A model generated the notes under the pieces. It saw only the letters and a list, made by a program, of their open reading frames with translations, did not search any database and was not told the DNA's origin. From NCBI GenBank assembly GCA_018061375.1, contig JAGOUG010000001.1, positions 1 to 39,734 of the forward strand: 39,734 nucleotides of DNA, read 5' to 3'. The DNA comes from Candidatus Saccharimonadota bacterium. Its GTDB lineage: Bacteria; Patescibacteriota; Saccharimonadia; Saccharimonadales; UBA7683. This document shows, piece after piece, positions 7,498 through 15,137 of the stretch; positions within the stretch are counted from its first letter, which is position 1; each line of letters begins with the position of its first letter. Made by a program: the position numbers and the translations under genes.

Positions 7498-8457
7498 ATG
7501 TCCGATAACCCAAAACCAAAACTCACCGTTATACAAGGCGGTAAATCAGATTTGATGGATCCTACGTCTGAAGCATCTACCAATGAGCCATTTCCTTTTC
7601 CAGATCAGGTGCTACTAGAAGATATAGAAGTGATCAACCCAGATGTAGTAAAGCAGTATATAGCCGCCGCCGAATCACATGCTGACTTAGGTGATACCGA
7701 AACTGTAGTCGAAAAGCTACGACTTTTCCCTGATCCAGACTTCGCTGCTAAAATGGCACTTCGACTCGGTGAAGATACTGAGAGCCGTTCGCTTTTAGAG
7801 CTAGCTCGTGAGCTAGACACGTCTGAAAGAATGGCACAGCGTGCCGGTGCTGCACTACTGAGCATACTTATTAAAGGTCAAGAGGCTAGTCAGCCTGCAG
7901 AACCAGTTGCTGAAGAAGTTGAAGATAGCTCAGAGCCCCAGACTGAAGTTGATGAAAAGAAAGACGTTCTCGGAAAAGTGGGTAAAGAACGAGTTGAAGA
8001 AATGAACGCAGAGTTGCGGTTACTTAAGGAAACTATTAAATCTGAGAAAACTCAGAATGGACGAAACAATGCACAAGTTGCCTTCGATAGACACGTGCTC
8101 AGGCTTCTCACAGAAGCTGGTTCAGCTGGCGATATAGACCTTGCCGGAAGACTACGCGCTCTACCAGTTACTCAGAATGGACGAAACACCGCTCAAATAG
8201 CTTTTGATAGACACGTGCTCAGGCTTCTCACAGAAGCTGGTATAGCTGGCGATATAGACCGGGCAGAGCAGTTAGCTACTCTAACAGTTACTCAAAATGG
8301 ACGAAACAATGCACAGGTTACTTTCGATAGGCACCTCTTGAACGAGATTAAGAAGGCTATACATACGAATCGGCCAGACGAAGCTAAATCACTATCAGGG
8401 AAACTCAAAACTCAGAATGGACGAAACAACGCTAATGTACTTTTAAGAAGCGCATAA
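7498..8457 (+). CDS. hypothetical acidic protein with four TQNGRN-x-A repeats (319 aa)
   Basis: A long ORF translationally close to truB and to the next gene. It contains 40-aa internal repeats. No family is recognised. Confidence 0.8.
   Translation: MSDNPKPKLTVIQGGKSDLMDPTSEASTNEPFPFPDQVLLEDIEVINPDVVKQYIAAAESHADLGDTETVVEKLRLFPDPDFAAKMALRLGEDTESRSLLELARELDTSERMAQRAGAALLSILIKGQEASQPAEPVAEEVEDSSEPQTEVDEKKDVLGKVGKERVEEMNAELRLLKETIKSEKTQNGRNNAQVAFDRHVLRLLTEAGSAGDIDLAGRLRALPVTQNGRNTAQIAFDRHVLRLLTEAGIAGDIDRAEQLATLTVTQNGRNNAQVTFDRHLLNEIKKAIHTNRPDEAKSLSGKLKTQNGRNNANVLLRSA
8050..8457 (+). repeat. In-frame tandem repeat, period exactly 120 bp (units start 8050, 8170, 8290, 8410; last unit truncated by the stop)
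   Basis: ACTCA(G/A)AATGGACGAAAC recurs every 120 nt. Units 1 and 2 share a perfect 36-nt block (8086-8121 = 8206-8241). Confidence 0.9.
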
Positions 8458-8460
8458 ACA

Positions 8461-9723
8461 ATGAATCACGAAACACAAAAAATTCTAGAAAAACCAAGCG
8501 TTCCAAAAAGCCGAGAAATTTTCTCAGGTGATATTAATGATGCCGTAATTGCCGTACAACAGATCACCGGCTTTGAAATTACACCCGAGTGGTGGATTAC
8601 AGAGGTAGGCAACGATGGTCCGACTGAGGATATTCTAGATAGGTTTGACGTTGCATTCGAGCGTCTTGTTCAGAGTGAAATGGGCTTTGAATCCGCCGAT
8701 TCTTCGGAAGAAAGCATGCATATCACAAAAGAGATGGTATTAGATGAAGCCGAACAAGAATTAGCACATTTTGATCAAAGTATTACTGACCCAGACGAAG
8801 CTGATCAGCTGAGGCCTGAATTTATACAAGAATTATCAGCACATTTAAAGGAAAAGTATTATCCTAGCGTTACGACTGGCCCCGAAACTGCCGACTCCGA
8901 AACATTTAGCCTTACAGATCCCAAAGAAAGAGTATATACCCCAGATGAGGTATACCGCTTTTTAGTACATGTCCCCCTCGGTGATGTTGCGCATCGAGCA
9001 GCAGAAATTGGTCATGAGCGTGGTGATACTAAACTGATGACGAGCTTAATCAGCAATAAGCATCAGGGCACATTTTCAGGCGAAGGCGGTATTCTAGTTG
9101 CCCAGCCTAGTGAAGACTCAGTTTCTGGTGTTGCATATATGGACGTGGGTGGTGAGATTCAGGGCGATCGAAGAGATAAGACCGAGAGTATTATAGAACC
9201 CGCTGCACCCTCTGAATACAATCAAATCGATATGGCATTTGACGGCACTACGCCGATAGGTGTGCTCATAAAACAATCACCAGACGGAAGGCGACTTGGC
9301 TCGCCTGAGAGAAATGAAGACTTAATTGCGTATGCCGAGCAAAACAACCTACCTGTAGTCATTATTGAAGTCCAGCCGGAAATTTCTGCCACAGAGACCT
9401 CAGTGATTACTACCGAGTTGCCAGATAGCAAAGGTGAAATGGTAACAGTAGACGTGCCGTATTCCAGTACTGAATTCTTCAGAACACAGGTCCTGAGAAT
9501 CGGTGAATCAAATAAGGTCTACCATGCCGACGGAGAGAATAGTGTTGCTCGTACTATGAAGGTAAATCAATATGGTGAAGCTACTCAAGAGCTTTCTGTA
9601 GAAGATGAACAATTTATTATTGATAGACTAACTGAATTATCCGCTGATGGCACTGGGCGGCTTACAGATGAAGATCTGGGTACAATTGAGCGAGATCTCG
9701 CCAGATTAAAAGATATACAGTGA
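8461..9723 (+). CDS. hypothetical acidic protein (420 aa)
   Basis: A long ORF whose ATG lies 3 nt after the upstream stop. No motif is recognisable. Confidence 0.75.
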   Translation: MNHETQKILEKPSVPKSREIFSGDINDAVIAVQQITGFEITPEWWITEVGNDGPTEDILDRFDVAFERLVQSEMGFESADSSEESMHITKEMVLDEAEQELAHFDQSITDPDEADQLRPEFIQELSAHLKEKYYPSVTTGPETADSETFSLTDPKERVYTPDEVYRFLVHVPLGDVAHRAAEIGHERGDTKLMTSLISNKHQGTFSGEGGILVAQPSEDSVSGVAYMDVGGEIQGDRRDKTESIIEPAAPSEYNQIDMAFDGTTPIGVLIKQSPDGRRLGSPERNEDLIAYAEQNNLPVVIIEVQPEISATETSVITTELPDSKGEMVTVDVPYSSTEFFRTQVLRIGESNKVYHADGENSVARTMKVNQYGEATQELSVEDEQFIIDRLTELSADGTGRLTDEDLGTIERDLARLKDIQ

Positions 9724-9728
9724 TCTGT

Positions 9729-9806
9729 TATACTACAGGCAATGAATATATTTGCAATTGGTAAAATTCAGGCAGGCACTGTACTCCACTAACTAGAGTG
9801 GAGTAG
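9729..9806 (+). promoter_or_regulatory. Candidate leader of the ABC-F gene: extended -10, 16-codon uORF (9742-9792, MNIFAIGKIQAGTVLH) and 8-bp hairpin (9783-9790/9799-9806)
   Basis: TGtTATACT lies at 9726-9734. The uORF ATG is 7 nt downstream of the -10. The uORF stop sits in the hairpin loop, and the stem is TACTCCAC/GTGGAGTA. Confidence 0.25.
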
Positions 9807-9836
9807 TATTAATTACCGAAATGATAAGGAAGTAGA

Positions 9837-11495
9837 ATGATAGCGAGTATTAAAATTGCTGCAAAAGGGTTTGGTAGCAATGAACTCTATAAAAACCTAG
9901 AAATTAGTCTTGAAGCCGGCGAGAAGGTCGGTTTAATTGGACGTAATGGAACGGGCAAATCAACACTATTCAATCTGATGTCTGGCTTAGATACTGATTT
10001 TGATGGCCAGATATCACTTGGTAAAAACATTGTTATGGTTTCAAGCCGGCAAGAACACCATGGCTTTGAAGAAACAACAGTTTTAGAGTACATTTTGGCC
10101 GATCTGCCCGAGTACGCGAAGCTCAAACATATTTTAGAAACATACCCTGAAACAATGGGTGACAGTACCCAAAAAATGCAAAAGTACAGTGATTCGCTCG
10201 AGCGTTTCACAGATCTCGGATACTACGAGGTTGAAAACGATGTGAATAGGGCACTGTCTGATTATCAATTAGAAATAGACATCAACACCGTTACGCTTGG
10301 TAGTCTGAGTGGTGGTCAAAAGCGGATGGTAGAACTTGTAAAAGTTCAGCGTGCCCGCGCAGATTTAGCACTAATAGATGAACCAACAAACCACATGGAT
10401 TACATTGCCAAGGCTTCATTTGTAAACTGGTTTAAATCTACCAAAGAGGCCGTAGTGGTCATTACGCACGACCGAGATGTACTGGGTGTAGTAGACCGAA
10501 TTATAGAGATTAGAGACGGCAAAGCCTTCAGTTTTAAGGGCAATTACAAAGATTACCTCCGTTCTAATACGCAGAGTATGAGTTCTGAGGTTAATGAGTT
10601 TGAAAACACGCAGAGACGGATAGCGAATCTTAAAAATGACATTGTCCGCTTCAGACGATTTAAAGAACGTGCACGTGATCCGGGCACTATTCAGCGATTT
10701 AAATCACTAGAAACGAAGTCTGTTAAAGAACTCTCGGAGTTACAGAACCTAGAAAAGCCAACATTCTGGATTGATCGTGAATCTGCCAGTGAACTCGGTA
10801 CCAAAATTAGTGAATCGTACGAGAATCACAAGGCACGTAATATTCGAGTCCGCACTAAAACTGCCGTCGACAAGAGTGAACGAGTACTCCTAAAGGTAGA
10901 TAACGTGAGTCTTGGTTACGGAGAATCAGCCCTTTTCCAGCCAGTCAGTTTTGAGCTTCGGATCGGTGGCAAAGTTGAACTAAAAGGGCGTAATGGCGCC
11001 GGTAAAACAACGCTTGTCGGTACAATTTTAGATAGTGTGGCTGAAAAGAAGCCTGTTCCGACGGTGTTTACCGGTGTAATAGAACATGAAAAAAAGCTCA
11101 GAATTGGGGTGTATGAACAAGAAATTAGTTCAGACTATTTAGAAAAAACACTGAGTGACGCAATTGAATCTATGCACCTTTCTAGGGGGCTACCAATCAC
11201 GGATGAAAAGATTAAACAGCTCCTGAGTGATTACCTGTTTAACCCACATGCCGATGGTGGTATGAAGATCGGCAGATTAAGTGGTGGCCAGAAGGCTCGG
11301 TTCCAACTGATTAGCATGCTCGCGGGTGATCCGCAGATACTCGTGCTCGATGAACCAACAAATCACCTTGATCTGCCAAGTATTGAAGAGCTTGAAGACG
11401 CGCTGAAGCAGTATCACGGTTCAATACTCTATATCTCTCACGATACATACTTCACACAGTCGCTTGGTGGCACTGTTGTAGAAGTTCGGGCGTAA
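9837..11495 (+). CDS. ABC-F family ATPase (translation factor / ribosome-associated, no TM domain)
   Basis: There are two Walker A motifs (GRNGTGKST, GRNGAGKTT) and two LSGGQ signatures, joined by a charged inter-domain linker. An AAGGAAG SD is present. Confidence 0.93.
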   Translation: MIASIKIAAKGFGSNELYKNLEISLEAGEKVGLIGRNGTGKSTLFNLMSGLDTDFDGQISLGKNIVMVSSRQEHHGFEETTVLEYILADLPEYAKLKHILETYPETMGDSTQKMQKYSDSLERFTDLGYYEVENDVNRALSDYQLEIDINTVTLGSLSGGQKRMVELVKVQRARADLALIDEPTNHMDYIAKASFVNWFKSTKEAVVVITHDRDVLGVVDRIIEIRDGKAFSFKGNYKDYLRSNTQSMSSEVNEFENTQRRIANLKNDIVRFRRFKERARDPGTIQRFKSLETKSVKELSELQNLEKPTFWIDRESASELGTKISESYENHKARNIRVRTKTAVDKSERVLLKVDNVSLGYGESALFQPVSFELRIGGKVELKGRNGAGKTTLVGTILDSVAEKKPVPTVFTGVIEHEKKLRIGVYEQEISSDYLEKTLSDAIESMHLSRGLPITDEKIKQLLSDYLFNPHADGGMKIGRLSGGQKARFQLISMLAGDPQILVLDEPTNHLDLPSIEELEDALKQYHGSILYISHDTYFTQSLGGTVVEVRA

Positions 11496-11499
11496 CAGC

Positions 11500-13104
11500 T
11501 TACAGTAAGAATAGTACCGCGGTGATTATGCCAGTAATGCTGATTGCAACTGCTGCAGCAATTGATATACCTACTAATTTTTTGTTGCCAGATACTTCTG
11601 GTTGAACCGTGCCCGTTGCACTGGTATTTTTTTCAAGCTCGGTAGCTGTGGTATGGTTTACCTTTTTCAGTGCTTCGAGTATTTGGTCTGTTCGTTGTTG
11701 GGCCGCGGCAGACTGAGATGTAACATCAATGCCGTTGAAGCCCTCGGTTGCCAGGTCATCATGACGCATTTCTATAGCTCTTCCACGCTGTGCTTCGGCA
11801 CCAAGTGTTGCTTTAGAGATCGCGCCTTTTACATCACCGCCCTTTAGTGCCTCTTTAATAATTTTCGTGAGACCATCGCGGTCTATTTTGTTGCTTGCAT
11901 ACAATGATCGGAGCGATGTGCCATCGATCTTAATTTTGTCTCCAATTTGTAGAAGTTCTGATGTTGAGGCCTGCTGCAAATTACGATTTGTTTCTTTGGT
12001 AACTGGTCGGTCAGACATTCTTTTTAGTTGATTTTCTGCTATGTGATTAGGTGCACTATGCACAGTTTCTAATTTGATGGGATTGCCTTCAAAATAAGGC
12101 ATCTGGTTTGCGCTGTATGTGGGGGTTTCCGCGGCGCTATGCAGTGCTGTGCTAACTTCTTCTGCAACCGGGCTACTTACCACTTGTTCTATGGCCAACT
12201 TACGTACTCGACGTTCTTTTTCTGCGATAGTACGCCTTATGGGGTTGATGACTCGCTCAGGATTTTCTGTAGGGTGTTGGGGTACTGCTTCGGCAGGTGA
12301 CTCATATCTTCTACCGAGCATCTGACTGAGAGCTTCTGAAACAGCAAAGCTGCCGGCTCGTTTTTTACGGACTTCCCGGGTTGATTCTGGATTGTGCTTC
12401 GGCACAGATTCTGTTTGTGGTTGCATGCGAGTTGATTCGCTTTTAGGGGTTGGCTTAGCTTGGCCACCTGGTGTTGTAGTTCCGCGCGATGTCTGAGGTT
12501 GTGTTACTTGTGGGTTCCGACGTGGAGGGTTGTTGGTTGGGTTCACCCAGATAGGGGACTCTGTGGTGTCTTCGGTAACTTCTTCTGTAGTTTCTTCCAA
12601 CGCCTCAGTAGGTTCAACCTCTTCGGTTAGGTCATCACTGAGTTCTTCATCAGCTGTCTGGAGTATTTCATCCAGACGTTCCATGATCTGTTGATAGGCT
12701 TCTTCTACAGCTTCGTCAACCTCAAGTTCCGGGTTATCAAGTTTTTCATCGAGCGCGGCGATAAGTTCGAGGTCTGCAGTTACTTCAATCGCTTCTGCAG
12801 AGCCAGGTTCTTTAGTGCCAAGCTCTTCACGGAGTTGTTCTGCTCGATTAGCAACGTACTGTTTAGCGAGCACGTGTTTTTGTTCCTCGGGGCTGAGTTT
12901 TTCTAAGTCTTTTTCTGATGCAGCCGCGTCTTTAGGGTTCTTCTTTGTTTCATCATCAGATGGGGCTTTAGTATCTTCTTTTTCAAAAAACCACTTCTTT
13001 TTTGGTTTTTCTACTGCTTCTTCATCTTTTTCTTCGGGTTTTTCAAAAAAATCCCATTTTTTCTCTGGGCTACGGTCTTCAGGAATAAAAGGATCACGTT
13101 CCAT
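11500..13104 (-). CDS. hypothetical tail-anchored acidic protein (534 aa)
   Basis: A single C-terminal TM segment (LVGISIAAAVAISITGIITAVLFLL) forms the last residues. The N-terminus has a duplicated KKW(D)FFEK motif followed by long E/D-rich and P/T/Q-rich segments. Confidence 0.8.
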   Translation of the reverse strand: MERDPFIPEDRSPEKKWDFFEKPEEKDEEAVEKPKKKWFFEKEDTKAPSDDETKKNPKDAAASEKDLEKLSPEEQKHVLAKQYVANRAEQLREELGTKEPGSAEAIEVTADLELIAALDEKLDNPELEVDEAVEEAYQQIMERLDEILQTADEELSDDLTEEVEPTEALEETTEEVTEDTTESPIWVNPTNNPPRRNPQVTQPQTSRGTTTPGGQAKPTPKSESTRMQPQTESVPKHNPESTREVRKKRAGSFAVSEALSQMLGRRYESPAEAVPQHPTENPERVINPIRRTIAEKERRVRKLAIEQVVSSPVAEEVSTALHSAAETPTYSANQMPYFEGNPIKLETVHSAPNHIAENQLKRMSDRPVTKETNRNLQQASTSELLQIGDKIKIDGTSLRSLYASNKIDRDGLTKIIKEALKGGDVKGAISKATLGAEAQRGRAIEMRHDDLATEGFNGIDVTSQSAAAQQRTDQILEALKKVNHTTATELEKNTSATGTVQPEVSGNKKLVGISIAAAVAISITGIITAVLFLL

Positions 13105-13137
13105 GCTTATTTATAAGTATATACCAGAGGCAAGCTA

Positions 13138-13166
13138 TTGACAAATATGCTAAATTTTGCTATCAT
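13138..13166 (+). promoter_or_regulatory. Candidate promoter (TTGACA-17 nt-TATCAT), -10 ends 6 nt before ATG 13173
   Basis: The -35 is at 13138-13143 and the -10 at 13161-13166. There is no SD, so this looks like a leaderless configuration. Confidence 0.45.
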
Positions 13167-13172
13167 ATAATC

Positions 13173-13799
13173 ATGAAACATAAAATAAAAAATAGTCGCA
13201 AAGAATACAAAGGCGCAGCGCCGGGACTTCACAACCCTGCAGAACATCAAGTGTCTTTACGAGATAGAAAGGGTGCACTCGCTCTTCTTGGTCTTTTGAC
13301 AGTCGGTTTATTACTTCACGGACTCGACCCTGACTCTGCAGAGAATCAACCTAAGCGCGCAAAGGTTGGAGCTGAATCTGGGGTGACGACCACGCCTCTA
13401 CAAGAACTTATGGCGGATGGGGCAGAAGTTAGAGATGAGGCGGTGATTCTTCGACCCGGTGTGCGACTGTACGATAAGCCCGTTGTAATAGAAGTTCATA
13501 ATGGAAAAGGTCCAGACGGTGTCGAAATTCCTCAGCTTTATAAACCGGCTGCAGTTATTAAACCTGCGCACATTGATGGATTCATAGCCGTTGAGATTGA
13601 TGGAAAAATTCAGTACGCATCTGAAGCTGCAGCAGACCAGATAGTCGAGGGAACCGAGGATACGCACTACATTGAAGAGATACCGCTAAAACCTCAAAGT
13701 ATTGCGGACGCCGAACCACTAACCCTGCATAAGCTACCTGGTGGTGAGCCGCACGTTCAGAGTTTTTTAACTACTCTAGACAAACTAAAGAGTGAATAA
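13173..13799 (+). CDS. hypothetical membrane-anchored protein (208 aa)
   Basis: An N-terminal TM segment (ALALLGLLTVGLLL) follows a basic N-terminus. No family is recognised. Confidence 0.7.
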   Translation: MKHKIKNSRKEYKGAAPGLHNPAEHQVSLRDRKGALALLGLLTVGLLLHGLDPDSAENQPKRAKVGAESGVTTTPLQELMADGAEVRDEAVILRPGVRLYDKPVVIEVHNGKGPDGVEIPQLYKPAAVIKPAHIDGFIAVEIDGKIQYASEAAADQIVEGTEDTHYIEEIPLKPQSIADAEPLTLHKLPGGEPHVQSFLTTLDKLKSE

Positions 13800-14528
13800 G
13801 TGAAGCATAAAGATAGTTTTGAATTTGGAACCGGAAGTTTTGTTGGTGACTACCTTCAAAATAATGTTGGTGATTTATCTACTCACGAGCAAGCACTTGC
13901 ACTTGCGTGGCCAGCTGGGTGTCCGGTTGCTATAGAAGTAACGAATCCAAATAATACCGACCCAGGGAGAGGGCCGGAGGCTATGCTTCGCCGATACGCG
14001 GAGACTAATTTTTGGTTTGGACAGATTCTTCGTGAAATTTCTGAGGTAAACCCGAGCCTTAGCGCCGAAATGATGAAGAATCTTACCCGTAAAGCAGGTG
14101 AGCCTGTCGGTAAATACGAACCGGAGTCAGTACCAGAGGAATACACTGAAGAGTTGGCACCCAGAAATACACTCGCCGGGTTTGCGCTCCCACGTTTATT
14201 TGTTGAATATCTGCATGCAGCTGGCGATGACAGAGATACACTTCAGAGTCGCGTGGCTACCGGTTTAGACTTCATTACTTCTGCCTCTAGGGACGCTGAA
14301 GATCCACTCGATTTATTGGCCTTAGTCGCCAGCAGGTTACATACTGAGGGCGAGCTTACAGATGAACGTATTTTTAAGCATGTTTTTTCCGCCGGTTGGG
14401 TACGAGAACATAATTCAGTGAGTACTCTGCAGGACTTAGCAGAGAAGCTCCATGTACGTGACCCTAATATGTATCAACGATATTCGCAGATGAGTGCAGA
14501 AGAGAAACATCAGAACCAATTGGCGTAG
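13800..14528 (+). CDS. hypothetical protein (242 aa)
   Basis: A GTG start directly abuts the upstream TAA, which suggests translational coupling. No family is recognised. Confidence 0.65.
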   Translation: MKHKDSFEFGTGSFVGDYLQNNVGDLSTHEQALALAWPAGCPVAIEVTNPNNTDPGRGPEAMLRRYAETNFWFGQILREISEVNPSLSAEMMKNLTRKAGEPVGKYEPESVPEEYTEELAPRNTLAGFALPRLFVEYLHAAGDDRDTLQSRVATGLDFITSASRDAEDPLDLLALVASRLHTEGELTDERIFKHVFSAGWVREHNSVSTLQDLAEKLHVRDPNMYQRYSQMSAEEKHQNQLA

Positions 14529-14531
14529 GTG

Positions 14532-14560
14532 TTGTGTTTTGTAATCGCATCTGTTAGAAT
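14532..14560 (+). promoter_or_regulatory. Candidate rpsO promoter (TTGTGT-17 nt-TGtTAGAAT)
   Basis: The -35 is at 14532-14537, and the extended -10 has TG at 14552-14553 with TAGAAT at 14555-14560. Confidence 0.45.
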
Positions 14561-14576
14561 GGTGCGTAACGCCATT

Positions 14577-14636
14577 GATGGAGTGCGAATCTAGCTCCCA
14601 TCGTTAATGTAACTTACTGGATCCGCCTAGGCGGAT
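14577..14636 (+). promoter_or_regulatory. Structured rpsO 5' leader (two hairpins); candidate S15 autoregulatory element
   Basis: Stem GATGGAG (14577-14583) pairs with CTCCCATC (14595-14602) with one bulge. A perfect 16-nt palindrome ATCCGCCTAGGCGGAT lies at 14621-14636, 25 nt before the ATG. Confidence 0.4.
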
Positions 14637-14661
14637 GATGGAATAAGAAATAAGGAATTGA

Positions 14662-14928
14662 ATGATTACAACCGAAAAGAAGACAGTAGCAATTAAAAAG
14701 ACACAACGTGCGAAAGATGACGTTGGTTCACCAGAGGTACAGGCCTCAATCTTAACTGAACGAATAAAAGAACTTACTGAGCACCTCAAGGTGCACAAAA
14801 AAGATAATCACTCTCGACGTGGGCTACTTCAGATGGTTGGAAAGCGTAAAAAGCTACTTTCATATCTGAAAGATCAGAACTACTCTAGCTACAAAGCTAC
14901 TATTGAAAAACTCGGTCTACGAAAGTAG
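14662..14928 (+). CDS. rpsO: 30S ribosomal protein S15
   Basis: An 88-aa protein with [35 protein letters not shown], canonical for uS15. Confidence 0.97.
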   Translation: MITTEKKTVAIKKTQRAKDDVGSPEVQASILTERIKELTEHLKVHKKDNHSRRGLLQMVGKRKKLLSYLKDQNYSSYKATIEKLGLRK

Positions 14929-15137
14929 AGAATTCGCGGGAATCCTCCTACGCCAAGGCTATGGAGGACTAGGCGAGCGCTCATAAAAAATCAAACGCAT
15001 GAGACGAGCTGACTCGGGGTGTTTTTTATGCGCGTACATTCTAAATACTAGTGCTTGGGTGCAGAACAGCAGCTTTCCTTACTATAAAAGGAGCGTTGTA
15101 TTCTGCCTCTGAGCGTAACTTTGAAAGGACATTGTAT

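Noticed and set aside
8050-8457. A regular 120-bp repeat array that could be mistaken for a CRISPR-like or satellite array
   Set aside because: The repeats are in frame inside a long ORF. There is no repeat/spacer alternation, the units diverge gradually, and no cas genes are nearby. This is a protein-coding tandem duplication.
15051-15137. N-terminal extensions offered by the longest-ORF starts of pnp (15051), ychF (29819), tlyA (26486), rpsR (25077) and holA (3050)
   Set aside because: The extensions are non-conserved-looking. Internal ATGs coincide with the canonical protein N-termini and have SD or leaderless -10 support.
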